Below are positions 20,001-30,905 of a stretch of DNA of 64,000 bases, piece by piece. Source of the DNA: an uncultured Thermoanaerobaculia bacterium (lineage in GTDB: Bacteria > Acidobacteriota > Thermoanaerobaculia > Multivoradales > JAGPDF01). Where the stretch lies: the NCBI GenBank assembly GCA_964590905.1, contig CAZPYU010000008.1:13935-77934 (forward strand), given 5' to 3'. The notes beneath the pieces were generated by a model. The model did no database searches. It saw only the letters and a program-made list of their open reading frames with translations, and was not told the DNA's origin. How positions within the stretch are numbered: the first letter of the stretch is position 1; every line of letters starts with the position of its first letter. The translations under genes were made by a program, and so were the position numbers.

Positions 20001-21458
20001 CTACTCGCGGCGAAAGAGACCGCCGAGCAGGCGCGCACCCGACGAGCTCGCGCTCGCCTTGGTGCGCAACCCCAGTCGCGACAGCGCCGCCGCCGCGCCG
20101 GGATGGGGGGTGGTGCCGTGCGCCGCAGCCTGGAACTGCGCTCGTGCCTGCTCGAGCTCGCCCTTCTTTTCATGGAGCTCGCCCAGCGCGAACCGGATCG
20201 CCTGGCTGAGCGGATCGAGCTCGAGCGCGCTCCTGTAGCTCTCGATCGCCCGGTCGATCCAGGCCGAGTTCTTGCTCTGCAGCCGGGCGAGGGCGCACCA
20301 GTACTCGGCGCGCGGATCGGCTCGCACCACCTCTTCGAAGAGCGTCAGAGCCGACTGGTAGTCGCCGTTGGCTTCCTCGCTGAGCGCGCGCTGGAAGTGC
20401 TGTCGCGCTAGCTTGCTCACTTCGGCGGCGCGGTCCGCGGGATCGAGGCTCGGAGCTGGCGCGGCGATCTGATTCGCGGAGTTGTACTCCACGCGAAGGC
20501 CCGGATCCGACAACGTCTGGTACGCCGAGACGACGCGCTCGAAGAGGTAACGGAGCGCCTCGGAGCGCTCGGGGATCCGGTAGTGCTTGGCGTTAGCCGG
20601 ATGGACCGTGCGCGCCCGCTCTTCGAAGGCGATCTGTACCGCCTCCGCCGACGCGTCGACGGCGAGGCCCAGGAGCTCGTAATGGTTGAGAGCTCCGGCG
20701 TCGGCGAGCAGTCGGGCCACACGCTGGAGGTAGGCGTTCGCGTCGAGGGCCAGCGGCCGTTCGCGCAGGCTGGCCTCGACGCGCTGCGCGAGCCGTTCGG
20801 CGAGATCGTGCGACTCCTCCTCGGCGCCGGCGTTCGCGTGGCCATCGGCGGCGACACGCACCGTTCCCACGGCCCGCAGGCCGGCAAGTGCGCGCCAGAG
20901 CCTCTCGCCCGGAATAGGGCTCCCGTTCTCGAGCTCGGTCACTGTCATCGGCGTCCGCAGCCGCTCGACAATCCAGAGCTCTTCGGGACTCCACCCCTGG
21001 TCTCGGACCGCGGTCGGGGTAGGGAGCTCGACGAAAAGGCGCTCGTTCGTCGAGCTCAGCCGGTCCACCTGCTCGATCGCCTCCTCGCTGCGCGCCGCCG
21101 CGAGCCGCTGAAACCTTGCGGTCGGAAGCGGTCCAACCAGGTCGGCTGGAAGCGTTCCCAACCCCTCGCGGAACACAGCCCTCCGGACCCCCCAATTGGC
21201 GAAGGAGTCGGCCAACTTCTCGAGCAGTGCGGTCCCGTCGCGACTGTCTACCCAGGCCGGTCCGCGTCGAATCAACTCCCCCAATCGCTCGGAGAGGGGA
21301 TGCGAAGCGGCCAGGTGGAGCTGCCCCTCGCGGAAGAAGAGCTTTCGCGTCTGGTCGGCGACTTCGAGCTCGAGCACCCCGGTGGCGCGTCGAGCCCTGG
21401 CCTCGCCGAGCTCTTCGAGCACGGAGCGTTTCGACGATGTGGCCGGGGCCGAGGGCAT
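20001..21458 (-). CDS. DUF4388-like N-domain / internal DnaJ (J) domain / TPR repeat protein
   Basis: J-domain core HYELLGL...AEAVQIAFEERARTVHP located mid-protein (approx residues 250-310), TPR-like repeats at C-terminus. Confidence 0.6.
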   Translation of the reverse strand: MPSAPATSSKRSVLEELGEARARRATGVLELEVADQTRKLFFREGQLHLAASHPLSERLGELIRRGPAWVDSRDGTALLEKLADSFANWGVRRAVFREGLGTLPADLVGPLPTARFQRLAAARSEEAIEQVDRLSSTNERLFVELPTPTAVRDQGWSPEELWIVERLRTPMTVTELENGSPIPGERLWRALAGLRAVGTVRVAADGHANAGAEEESHDLAERLAQRVEASLRERPLALDANAYLQRVARLLADAGALNHYELLGLAVDASAEAVQIAFEERARTVHPANAKHYRIPERSEALRYLFERVVSAYQTLSDPGLRVEYNSANQIAAPAPSLDPADRAAEVSKLARQHFQRALSEEANGDYQSALTLFEEVVRADPRAEYWCALARLQSKNSAWIDRAIESYRSALELDPLSQAIRFALGELHEKKGELEQARAQFQAAAHGTTPHPGAAAALSRLGLRTKASASSSGARLLGGLFRRE

Positions 21459-21469
21459 GGCGAAGCGGC

Positions 21470-23305
21470 CTAGTCTAGGCGATCTGCCGTTACAGAAGCC
21501 GCTTCGACCGCCGCGAGCGCCTGCCGGAGCCGTAGCGCCACCGCCGGGCCGACAGCCGAGCTCAGCTCCTCAGCCGATGCGCCCCGCACCGCCGCGAGCG
21601 TTCCGAACCGTCGCATCAGGATCCGCTTGCGCACCGGGCCGATGCCCGGGAGCTCGTCCAGAGCGCTCCCCAGGCTGCGCTTCGAACGCCGTGCCCGATG
21701 GCGTGCCAGACCGAAGCGATGGCTCTCGTCGCGAATGCGCTGCAAGAGCTGAAGACCGGCGTCGTGGCGCGAGAGGCGCACCGGATCGGGGAAGCCGGGG
21801 AGATAGAGCTCCTCCTCGCGCTTCGCGAGCCCGGCGACCGGCAGCTCTTCGAGGCCGAGGCGGGCCAGAGCGGTCAGGGCAGCGTTGAGCTGGCCGCGGC
21901 CGCCGTCGACGAGCACCAGATCGGGCAGCTCACCCGACTCGTCGAGCAGTCGCCGGTAGCGTCTCTCTACCGCCTCCCCAATGGCGCGAAAGTCGTCGGG
22001 AGTTTCGCCGGTGCGCAGATTCAGGGTGCGATAGTCGCTTTTCCGGAGCCGCCCCTCTCTCCAGACGATCACCGCGGCGACACTCTCGCGGCCCTGACTA
22101 TTGGAGACGTCGAAGCCGTCGATCCAGCGAGGCGGCTCGGCGAGGTCGAGCCGCGTCTGCAGCGAGCGCGTCGCCGCGTCGACCTCGCCCGCGAGCCGAA
22201 AGCGCCTGCGGAAAGCGAACTCGGCGTCGCGGGCCGCGGCCTGCAGCCGCTCGGCCTTGGGGCCACGCGCCGGGAAGCGCAGATAGACCCGCTCGCCGCG
22301 CTTCTCCGACAGCCAGGCGGCGAGTGTGGCGTCGTCCTCGATAGCCGCCGGCAGGTGGATCTCCTTGGGCAGGAACGAGGTGCGATCGTAGATCTGCGGC
22401 AGCAGCTCGGAGAGCAGGCTGCCGACCGCCAGCTCGGCCTCGCCCTCCCAGAACAGCTCGCGGCGATCGAGAACGTGGCCGTGGCGCATGATGAGGATCG
22501 TCACCGCGGCCTGCCGTCCGTGGATCGCCACCCCGAAGAGGTCGCACTCCTCGTCGTCGACCGAGGCAAGTGCCACCCGATCGCTCTGCCGTTCGACTTC
22601 GCGCCAGAGGTCGCGCCGGTGGGCGGCGCGTTCGAAGTCGAGCGCCGCCGCCGCTTCCTCCATTTCGGAGCGCAGTCGCCGCGCCAGCGCCTCGGACTTG
22701 CCAGCTAGGAGGAGCCGCGCCCCCTCGACCGCCCGCCCGTACTCCTCGCGGCTGGTCAGGCTCGCCACGCACGGCCCGAGGCAGCGCTTCATGTCCCAGT
22801 AAAGGCACGGCCGGGTGAGCGAGCCGTCGATCTCGAGCTGACAGACCCGGATCCCGAACAGCTTCTGGACGAGCTTGATGGCGCGCCGGGCCAGCCCGCC
22901 GGGGAGGTACGGCCCGAAGTAGTCGGCGCCGTCGTCGCGAATTCGACGCGTGAAGACGAGGCGCGGCCACGGCTCCTTGGTCAGCTTGAGGTAGGGATAG
23001 GTCTTGTCGTCGCGCAGCAGGACGTTGAAGCGCGGCTGCCGCTTCTTGATGAAGTTGTTCTCGAGCAGCAGCGCCTCGCGCTCGGAGCTGGCGACGAGGT
23101 AGTCGACATCCACCGCGGCGGCGATCATCTCCGTCAGCCGCGGCTCGAGCTCGCGCGAGAGATAGCTCGCCACCCGCTTGCGCAGCGACTTCGCCTTACC
23201 GACGTAGAGCGTCTTGCCGCGCCCATCGAGGAAGAAGTAGATCCCCGGCTCTTCCGGCAGCGCCGAGACCCTCTCCCGCAGGCTGGCAGCACCCTCCCCG
23301 CTCAC
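21470..23305 (-). CDS. uvrC: excinuclease ABC subunit C
   Basis: N-terminal GIY-YIG (GIYFFLDGRGKTLYVGKAKSLRKR), UvrBC interaction and C-terminal RNase H-like/HhH domains, 611 aa. Confidence 0.9.
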   Translation of the reverse strand: MSGEGAASLRERVSALPEEPGIYFFLDGRGKTLYVGKAKSLRKRVASYLSRELEPRLTEMIAAAVDVDYLVASSEREALLLENNFIKKRQPRFNVLLRDDKTYPYLKLTKEPWPRLVFTRRIRDDGADYFGPYLPGGLARRAIKLVQKLFGIRVCQLEIDGSLTRPCLYWDMKRCLGPCVASLTSREEYGRAVEGARLLLAGKSEALARRLRSEMEEAAAALDFERAAHRRDLWREVERQSDRVALASVDDEECDLFGVAIHGRQAAVTILIMRHGHVLDRRELFWEGEAELAVGSLLSELLPQIYDRTSFLPKEIHLPAAIEDDATLAAWLSEKRGERVYLRFPARGPKAERLQAAARDAEFAFRRRFRLAGEVDAATRSLQTRLDLAEPPRWIDGFDVSNSQGRESVAAVIVWREGRLRKSDYRTLNLRTGETPDDFRAIGEAVERRYRRLLDESGELPDLVLVDGGRGQLNAALTALARLGLEELPVAGLAKREEELYLPGFPDPVRLSRHDAGLQLLQRIRDESHRFGLARHRARRSKRSLGSALDELPGIGPVRKRILMRRFGTLAAVRGASAEELSSAVGPAVALRLRQALAAVEAASVTADRLD

Positions 23306-23344
23306 CCCGCGATCGTAGCCCGAGTTCGAGCCGTGCGGCGGAGC

Positions 23345-25340
23345 TCAGCCGGCGTAGACCTGGAGCTCCTTGAGGTCGCGGATCTTGTCGCGGAGCTCGG
23401 CGGCTTCTTCGAATTCGAGGCGCTTGGCGGCATCCTTCATCGCTTTTTCGAGTTTCGCGATCTGTTCGGCGAGCGGCAGCTCGGGGCGATCGGCGACCTC
23501 GAGCCGGCGCGGCCGGATCTCCTTCGGGTAGTCGAGGTCGGAGAGGGCGACGAGCGGCGAGTGGATCTCCTTCAGAATCGAGCGCGGCTCGATCCCGTGC
23601 TCGCGGTTGAAGCGCTCCTGATGCTCGCGTCGCCGCGTCGTCTCGGTCTGCATGCGACGGATCGAATCGGTTTCGCGGTCGGCATACAGGATGACGCGGC
23701 CGTTGAGGTTCCTGGCCGCTCGTCCGGCGGTCTGGATCAGGGCGGTCCCACTGCGCAGAAAGCCCTCCTGATCGGCGTCGAGAACCGCCACCAGCGAGAC
23801 CTCAGGGAGGTCCAGACCCTCGCGCAGGAGATTGATTCCAACCAGGACATCGAAGTCGCCGCGCCGCAGCCCGGTAATGATCTCGATCCGCTCCAGGGTC
23901 TCGATGTCGCTGTGCAGGTAGCGCACCCGGATGCCGCACTCGGAGAGGTATTGGGTCAGCTCCTCTGCCATCCGCTTGGTTAGGGTAGTGACCAGGACGC
24001 GCTCCTGCCGCGCCAACACCTTGCGGATCTCGCCGAGCAGGTCGTCCACCTGACCCTTCGCCGGGCGCAGCTCGACCTCGGGGTCGACGAGGCCGGTAGG
24101 GCGGATCAATTGCTCCACCACGACGCCACCGCTCCGTTCGAGCTCGAACGCTGCCGGAGTGGCGGAGACGTAGATCCGCTGCCCGACGCGCACATCGAAC
24201 TCCTCGAAAGTCAGCGGTCGATTGTCGAGCGCCGACGGCAGCCGGAAGCCGAACTGGACGAGCGTTTCCTTGCGCGAACGATCTCCGTGGTACATGCCGC
24301 GCACCTGCGGCACGGTCTGGTGGCTCTCGTCCAAGACCAGCAGGAAGTCCCGCGGAAAGTAGTCGAAGAGCGTTGGCGGGGGCTCGCCCGGCGCGCGACC
24401 AGAGAGGTGGCGTGAGTAGTTCTCGATCCCGTGGCAGTACCCGACCTCGCGCAGCAGCTCGAGATCGAAGAGGGTGCGCTGCTCAAGGCGCTGTCGCTCG
24501 AGCAGGCTCCCCTGCCGCTCGAGCTCCTCCAATCGCTCGCGCAGCTCCTCTCGGATCGTGCCGACGGCCTGCAACAGCCGCTCCTTGGGCGTGACGTAGT
24601 GCGTCTTGGGATAGACCGCGACGCGGTCGAGTTCCTCGAGCACATTGCCGGTGAGCGCATCGAATCGCACGATCCGCTCGATCTCGTCACCGAAATATTC
24701 GACACGCACGGCGCGATCCTCGTAGGCGGGCAGGATCTCGAGCACGTCGCCGCGGGCGCGGAAGGCACCGTGAAAGAGGTCGAGCGGCGTTCGCGTGTAC
24801 TGCATCTCGGCGAGCCGCGCCAGGGCGTGATCCATACCCGAGGTGTCTCCGACTTCAAAAAAATTCAGCATGCCGTAGAACGTCTCCGGCGATCCCAAGC
24901 CGTAGATGCAGGAGACCGAGGCGACGACGAGGACGTCGCGACGCTCGAGCAGCGCCTTGGTCGCGCGCAAGCGGAGGCGGTCGATCTCTTCGTTGATCGT
25001 CGACTCCTTCTCGATGTAGGTATCCGACTGGGGTACGTACGCCTCCGGTTGGTAGTAGTCGTAGTAGGAGACGAAGTACTCGACGGCGTTCTCCGGGAAG
25101 AAAGCTCGAAACTCCTGGTAGAGCTGGGCGGCGAGGGTCTTGTTGTGCGAGAGGACGAGAGTCGGGCGGTTCGCCGCCGCGACGACTTTGGCGATCGTGA
25201 AGGTCTTGCCCGAGCCGGTCACTCCAAGCAGTACCTGTTCGCGCTCGCCGCGCTCGAGTCCGCCGAGAAGCGCGGCGATGGCCTGCGGCTGGTCCCCCTC
25301 GGGTTCGAACGGCGAGACGAGTCGAAAGCGATCGGTCACG
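23345..25340 (-). CDS. uvrB: excinuclease ABC subunit B
   Basis: GTG start gives [21 protein letters not shown] matching the UvrB N-terminus; Walker A GVTGSGKT; the long N-extension on the ORF track is rejected. Confidence 0.9.
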
Positions 25341-25362
25341 TCGACGGAGTCGCCGGCGCCGC

Positions 25363-25857
25363 TTACGAATCCGACGGTTGGCCCGCGCCGGGCGCGGGCA
25401 GCAGCCCTCCCACTCGTTCCAGGGCAGAGAGCAGGTCGAGTACGTCGTCGCGCGTCAGCGCGCGCCGCTGCGACTTCTCCGCCGCCGAAGTGAGTTGGGT
25501 CTGCAACGCGTAGAGCGCCGGGGTCTCGATTTGGCCGGCCTGGATCTTGGCCGTCGCGGCCTCGAAGCCGCGATCGAGCCGAGCACGCTCCTCGGACGTT
25601 ACGTCGCTCGGTAGCGCTTCGACCACTTGCTCCTGGACCTGTCGCAGGGTCCAAGAGAGGAGATCCTTCGCTTTGGCGACGAAGACGATCGCGACGATTC
25701 CAAACAGCACGACCAAGATGCCGCAGCCGATCAGGAGCGGGCGCGAGCAGCCGCTGGCGATCGGTCGGGGCTCGGGGCTGAACGGACGCCCGATGGGCGG
25801 CGGTGGTGGCCCACTCGAAGGGGGCGGCGGGGGGGGCGAAAAGGGGTCGTGAGGCAA
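25363..25857 (-). CDS. hypothetical proline-rich single-pass membrane protein
   Basis: Poly-Pro N-terminus, one TM helix ([20 protein letters not shown]), about 100-aa C-terminal domain; true start may be an internal codon. Confidence 0.35.
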   Translation of the reverse strand: MPHDPFSPPPPPPSSGPPPPPIGRPFSPEPRPIASGCSRPLLIGCGILVVLFGIVAIVFVAKAKDLLSWTLRQVQEQVVEALPSDVTSEERARLDRGFEAATAKIQAGQIETPALYALQTQLTSAAEKSQRRALTRDDVLDLLSALERVGGLLPAPGAGQPSDS

Positions 25858-25879
25858 GCGCCGATCTTATAATCGCTCC

Positions 25880-28339
25880 GTGAACGTCAGCGATCCTCCG
25901 GTCCAGCGCTCTCGCACCGGCGGATTCGCGCTCCGCCCGCCTCCTAGACCGCCCGTACTACGTCGCTTCGCGCTCGCTGTTCTGATCGCCGCGCTGGCCG
26001 GCTGCATGGTCGGAGTCGCGGTCGCGACCGCCGTCCGCGTGCCGCAGCTCGACGGCTATGCCCGATTCAGGCCACAGCTCATCACCCACCTGCTGGACCG
26101 CGAAGGGGCGGTCTTCGCCACCTATGCCCGCGAACGGCGGCTGCTGATCGAGGAGGGGAAGCTGCCACAGGTGTTGCAGAACGCGGTCCTAGCGGCCGAA
26201 GATGCCGACTTCTTTCGGCACGGAGGCGTCGACGCGCTCGGCATCGTGCGCTCAGTCTGGGTCAACTTCAGCCGCGGCGAGCGCGCCCAGGGGGCCTCGA
26301 CGATCACCATGCAGTTGGCTCGCGAGCTGATGGGGCGTCGCGAGAAGACCTGGGATCGAAAGATCGGCGAGACCGTTCTCGCGGTGGAGCTAGAGAAGCG
26401 GCTCTCCAAGCAGCAGATCGTGACGCTTTACTGCAACCTTTCGTTTCTCGGTCACGGCAACTACGGCATGGAAGCCGCCGCGCGCGACTACTTCGGCCAC
26501 GGCGTGGACGAGCTCACCGTTGTCGAGGCCGCGACGCTCGCCGGCATTCTGCAACGGCCGAGCGACTACAGCCCGCTGCGCAGCCCGAAAAAGGTCGTAG
26601 CGCGCCGCGATTACGTCCTACGACGAATGGTCGAAGAAGGCTTTCTGACCCGGGAAGAGTACGCCGCCGCCGCCGCGGAGCCGCTGCAGCTCGCGGTGCG
26701 GCAGGCCGCTCGCGAGACCGCGCTCTACTTCGCCGAGGAGGTCCGGCAGGAGCTGGAGCGCGATTTCGGCACTGAACGCCTTTACGGCGAAGGGCTGCTG
26801 GTGACGACGACGCTCGACCCGGCGGTACAGCGTGCCGCCGAGGACGCGCTGCGCGACGGGCTGCTGCGGCTCGACCGCCGGCGCGGCTACCGCGGACCGA
26901 TCGCGCGCGGGCAGCGCCTCGACCTGCCACCGCAGGAGATCGCGCAGCTCGCCGGAACCAATCCCGATCCCGAGACCTGGCGCCCTGGAGTGGTCGTGGA
27001 GAGCAGCGCCCGCGCCGCTCGCGTCGCGACGCCGTCCGGCGAAATCTTTCTCGACGCGGAGGGGATCGCGTGGACGAATCGGCGGGCAGTCTCGGAGCTC
27101 CTGCGCCCGGGCGATCTCGCCTGGTTTCGCTTCGCCCCACCGCTCACCAAGCGGGAGGCTCCGCCGTTCTGGTCGCTCGCCCAGGAACCGCTCCTGGAGG
27201 GCGCCGCGATCGTGCTCGACTCGGCGAGCGGAGCCGTGCGCGCCCTGGTCGGAGGCTGGAACTTCAACCGCAACAAGTTCGACCGCGCCACCCAGGCGCA
27301 ACGCCAGATCGGCTCGGCCTTCAAGCCGTTCGTCTACGGTGCCGCCTTCGAGAGCGGCTTCACCCCCGCCGACACGCTGTTCGATGCGCCGGCGGTGTTC
27401 GTCGGAGCCGATGGGCTACCGAGCTATTCGCCGCGCAACTACTATCGCAAGTACTACGGCATCCTGACGTTGCGGCGGGCGCTCGAGCACTCGGTCAACC
27501 TGACTTCGGTCAAACTCCTCGATCTGGTGGGAGTCGATCGCATCGTCCAGTTCACGCGGCGCTGCGGGGTCTCGTCGCCGCTCCCTCCCTATCCCAGCCT
27601 GGCGCTCGGCTCCGCCGACCTCCTGCCGCTCGAGCTGGCGGCGGCCTACGCGGCGATCGGCAACCAGGGGGTCTGGGTGCGCCCCTACTTCACCGCCGAG
27701 GTGCGCCGGCGCAACGGCGTCATCCTCTCCCGCCACCGCGTCGAAGCGGCGAAAGCGATGGACCCCGCGGTCGCCTCGCTCTTGACGCACGTGCTCGAAG
27801 GGGTTGTCGATCGCGGTACCGCCGGCTCGATCGCCGACCTGCCGGTCGCCATCGCCGGCAAGACAGGAACCACCAACGACTACACCGACGCCTGGTTCGT
27901 CGGCTTCACGCCCCGGATGACCATCCTGACCTGGGTCGGGTTCGACCAGAAGAAGACGATCGGCAAGAAGATGACCGGTGCCGAAGCGGCGCTACCGATC
28001 TGGCGCCAGATCGCCGAGAGCGGAATCCGCGACGGCTGGATCGTCAAAGACGAGCGCTTCCCGCTGGCGGCGGGAGTCGAGCTGCGGGCCATCGAGCCGC
28101 GCACTGGCCTTGCCGCCGCCCCGGGCGCACCGCGGGTTTTCCAGGAGGCTTTCCTCGCCGGCTCCGCCCCGGGGCGGCCCTGGACAGCCCGGGCAGAGAC
28201 GATCGCCGGGCTGCCGTGGCCGCAGCAGCTGCCGTTCTACTCGCCGCGCGAGGGCGAGAGCATGCCCAGCGAGCTCGCGATTGCGATAGCTGAACAGGCG
28301 GCCGCGGACGATGCCGCCGAGGAGGCCGCCGGCGACTGA
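25880..28339 (+). CDS. mrcA: penicillin-binding protein 1A (bifunctional transglycosylase/transpeptidase)
   Basis: GT51 motifs ([23 protein letters not shown]) and transpeptidase SxxK / KTGT ([10 protein letters not shown]) motifs; N-terminal TM anchor. Confidence 0.85.
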   Translation: MNVSDPPVQRSRTGGFALRPPPRPPVLRRFALAVLIAALAGCMVGVAVATAVRVPQLDGYARFRPQLITHLLDREGAVFATYARERRLLIEEGKLPQVLQNAVLAAEDADFFRHGGVDALGIVRSVWVNFSRGERAQGASTITMQLARELMGRREKTWDRKIGETVLAVELEKRLSKQQIVTLYCNLSFLGHGNYGMEAAARDYFGHGVDELTVVEAATLAGILQRPSDYSPLRSPKKVVARRDYVLRRMVEEGFLTREEYAAAAAEPLQLAVRQAARETALYFAEEVRQELERDFGTERLYGEGLLVTTTLDPAVQRAAEDALRDGLLRLDRRRGYRGPIARGQRLDLPPQEIAQLAGTNPDPETWRPGVVVESSARAARVATPSGEIFLDAEGIAWTNRRAVSELLRPGDLAWFRFAPPLTKREAPPFWSLAQEPLLEGAAIVLDSASGAVRALVGGWNFNRNKFDRATQAQRQIGSAFKPFVYGAAFESGFTPADTLFDAPAVFVGADGLPSYSPRNYYRKYYGILTLRRALEHSVNLTSVKLLDLVGVDRIVQFTRRCGVSSPLPPYPSLALGSADLLPLELAAAYAAIGNQGVWVRPYFTAEVRRRNGVILSRHRVEAAKAMDPAVASLLTHVLEGVVDRGTAGSIADLPVAIAGKTGTTNDYTDAWFVGFTPRMTILTWVGFDQKKTIGKKMTGAEAALPIWRQIAESGIRDGWIVKDERFPLAAGVELRAIEPRTGLAAAPGAPRVFQEAFLAGSAPGRPWTARAETIAGLPWPQQLPFYSPREGESMPSELAIAIAEQAAADDAAEEAAGD

Positions 28340-28344
28340 GCGGA

Positions 28345-29604
28345 TCAGCGCGCCGGCTTGGTGCCGACCAGCGCGTAATCCTGCGCCCCGAAGAGGAGCT
28401 CGTCGAGCCTGTCGCGCAGTCCATTCACCTGGTGCGCCAGCGCGCGCTGCGGCTCCGGCAGCAACTTGAGCTCGATCTCGGGCAGCCGCTCCGAAGCCGC
28501 GAACGGCCGAAACTCCAGCCTCTCCACAGGGTCAAAGCCGGCTTGACGAAAGATCCAGGAGAGCGTCTCGGGATGGACCGGACGGCGATGAGTAGGGTCG
28601 ATCCAGAAGTTGCGCGCCGCTACCACCAGCGAAAGCGGATTCGGAGTCTCCAGAATGAGTACGCCCCCCGGTTTCAGCGCCCGGTGCGCCAGCCGTACAA
28701 GGCGATCGATCGCTTCGGGGGGCAGATGTTCGACGACGTGAAACGAGACCACTCCGCCCAACGATTCGGGCTGCGCCGCCGCCAAGCCGTCGAGGAGATC
28801 AGAACGCTCGGCTGCTACTTCCTTGCGGAGGCACTCCTCCACCATCGCCGCCGAGGCGTCGATACCTCGGGCCGGAATTCCGGCAGAACGAAACAGCGCC
28901 AGCGCCTCGCCGCGCCCGCAGCCGAGATCGAGAACTTCCCCGCGCCCGCGCAGCAGCTCGAGGTACGGGGCGATGCGGTCGGCGATCTCCTCTTCGGTTC
29001 CGCGAAAGCGGTTCTCGAGCTCGAGGTAGGAGTGCTCTTCGCGTACGCGCGAGAGCGCGGTCGCACCTTCGCGCTCGGCGACCGCGAGCGCCGAACCGAG
29101 CCGCGACCAGACTTCCCGGGTCTCGCGCTGGAGCCGGTCCACCTTCTGGTCGACGCGCGCGAAGAGCGCGTCGTTGTGGCCCATCACGTCGGCCAGCCCT
29201 TCGCGCCAGACCGCTTCCAGGTGGTTCAGCCGCGCCGAATGCTCGCGCTCGAGTTGACCGACACGCAAGTCCAGCTGGGCATCGAGATAGCCGAGTTTTT
29301 CGGCATGGGCCTCTAGAACGACGCGCCGGAGATCCTCCCCCCGCTGCAGGTACTCGAGCAGGATCAGATTGAAGATCCGTTGGCGCTCCCAGAGATCGGC
29401 TTGCGGGGCCGCGATCAGCGGGCGAAGAAGGCGCTTGGCGAAAACGACGAGCCGGCCGAGAAGACCGCGATGGCTGCGGATCGGGAAACGGCGATCGGCG
29501 TTCCAGAGCCCCCGCCAGTCGGCCAGATCGCGTGTCGGTTCGTCGACGAAACGCTCGATCGGCGTTTCGCGCCTCGGTTCGTCGGCAGCGTCGCCGGCCG
29601 GCAC
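28345..29604 (-). CDS. class I SAM-dependent methyltransferase with about 200-aa N-terminal coiled-coil region
   Basis: Motif I VLDLGCGRGE, post-I acidic residue, motif II/III (GGVVSFHVVEHL, PGGVLILETPN); last gene of the rpsF-rpsR-rplI transcription unit. Confidence 0.65.
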   Translation of the reverse strand: MPAGDAADEPRRETPIERFVDEPTRDLADWRGLWNADRRFPIRSHRGLLGRLVVFAKRLLRPLIAAPQADLWERQRIFNLILLEYLQRGEDLRRVVLEAHAEKLGYLDAQLDLRVGQLEREHSARLNHLEAVWREGLADVMGHNDALFARVDQKVDRLQRETREVWSRLGSALAVAEREGATALSRVREEHSYLELENRFRGTEEEIADRIAPYLELLRGRGEVLDLGCGRGEALALFRSAGIPARGIDASAAMVEECLRKEVAAERSDLLDGLAAAQPESLGGVVSFHVVEHLPPEAIDRLVRLAHRALKPGGVLILETPNPLSLVVAARNFWIDPTHRRPVHPETLSWIFRQAGFDPVERLEFRPFAASERLPEIELKLLPEPQRALAHQVNGLRDRLDELLFGAQDYALVGTKPAR

Positions 29605-29608
29605 TCGC

Positions 29609-30055
29609 CTACTCTTCGGCCTCGACCGTGAGGGCGAGCTCGGCGACCAGATCGGAGTGCAGCTCGATGCGCACCACGTGATCGCCGAGGGCGCGGATAC
29701 CGCCCGCCAGATCGATCCGACGCCGATCGATCTCGATCCCCTTCGCGGCCAGCGCTTCGACCACCTCGCTCGCGGTCACCGAGCCGTAGAGCGCTCCCGT
29801 CTCGGTCGCCCGCTTCTTCAATACGATGCGAACGCCCTCGAAACGCGCCGCCAGCTCGGCCGCCTGCTGCCGACCGGCGAGGTGCTTGGCCTCGATCTTT
29901 TTCTTCTCCTGTGCGAAGACCTTCAGGTTCCCGGGCGTCGCCTCGAGCGCCAGTCCCTGGGGGAGCAGGAAGTTCCGCGCGTAGCCGGGGCGGACCTCCA
30001 CGACCTGTCCGCGCTGCCCGCGCTGGCGCAGGTCGCTGAGCAGAATGATTTTCAT
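29609..30055 (-). CDS. rplI: 50S ribosomal protein L9
   Basis: MKIILLSDL...GYARNFLLPQGLA typical L9, 148 aa. Confidence 0.9.
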   Translation of the reverse strand: MKIILLSDLRQRGQRGQVVEVRPGYARNFLLPQGLALEATPGNLKVFAQEKKKIEAKHLAGRQQAAELAARFEGVRIVLKKRATETGALYGSVTASEVVEALAAKGIEIDRRRIDLAGGIRALGDHVVRIELHSDLVAELALTVEAEE

Positions 30056-30068
30056 GACGCGCTCCTCT

Positions 30069-30341
30069 TCAGTCGCTCGTGTAAGGGAGCAGCGCCAGAT
30101 GGCGAGCCCGCTTGATGGCGGACTGCAGTATGCGCTGATGGCGAGCGCTCGTTCCCGAAATACGGCGAGGGAGAATCTTGGCGCGCTCGAGAATGTACTG
30201 CTGGAGCAGCCGCACGTCTTTGTAGTCGATGTACTCGATGTGCTCGGCTGTAAAGCGACAGATCTTCTTGCGCTTGAAGAAAGACTTCTTCTTCGCTGCC
30301 GGCTTCTTGCCCTTCTGCCCCGATCGAAAGCGCGGCGGCAT
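30069..30341 (-). CDS. rpsR: 30S ribosomal protein S18
   Basis: 90 aa from internal ATG: [30 protein letters not shown]...; the ORF-track N-extension is rejected. Confidence 0.9.
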   Translation of the reverse strand: MPPRFRSGQKGKKPAAKKKSFFKRKKICRFTAEHIEYIDYKDVRLLQQYILERAKILPRRISGTSARHQRILQSAIKRARHLALLPYTSD

Positions 30342-30343
30342 GG

Positions 30344-30742
30344 TCACTCCTCCTCGACGAGGACTTCGCGGATCGGTTCGGCCGGTTCCGAGTAAATAGT
30401 GCGGATCGGCTGACCCGGCTTGGTGCGGCCGATGGCGCGCTTGAGATCCTGATCGGTGCGCACCGTCAGGAAGCGGAGGATCTTCTCGTTCTGCTTGAGG
30501 CGCAGCTCGACTTCCGCCAGCAGCGCCGCCTTGGCAGGCTCGACCTGAAGGTGCAGGAAGGTGTAGCGCCCCTCGGTGAGTTTCGAGATCGGATAGGCGA
30601 GCTTGCGCTTGCCCCAGCTCTCCTCGCGCACACACTCGCCACCGCGGGTAGAGATGAGCTGCTTGGTGTCGTCGACGAGGGTAACGAACTCCTCGTCGGT
30701 AAGTCGGGGATCGGCGACAATCGCCAATTCGTACGTTCGCAT
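30344..30742 (-). CDS. rpsF: 30S ribosomal protein S6
   Basis: [14 protein letters not shown]... with acidic C-terminal tail, 132 aa. Confidence 0.9.
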   Translation of the reverse strand: MRTYELAIVADPRLTDEEFVTLVDDTKQLISTRGGECVREESWGKRKLAYPISKLTEGRYTFLHLQVEPAKAALLAEVELRLKQNEKILRFLTVRTDQDLKRAIGRTKPGQPIRTIYSEPAEPIREVLVEEE

Positions 30743-30905
30743 CTGGCCTCCCTCTGGCCGTTAGGTCCCACTCCTGTCGGGTGGAACAGAGAGGTGGGCG
30801 GGTCGAGCTTCCGATCCGCTGGGCCGGCTCTCTCGCCGACCTCGATGGCAGTCTAGCCCAAGCCGAGGTCCGGCGCCAGGCCGTGCCGGCTGCGGCTGCG
30901 GTCGG

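Noticed and set aside
30743-30905. Possible tRNA or small RNA in the 160-bp gap upstream of rpsF
   Set aside because: No cloverleaf or acceptor/T-loop signature could be assembled. This is more likely the rpsF operon promoter/leader.
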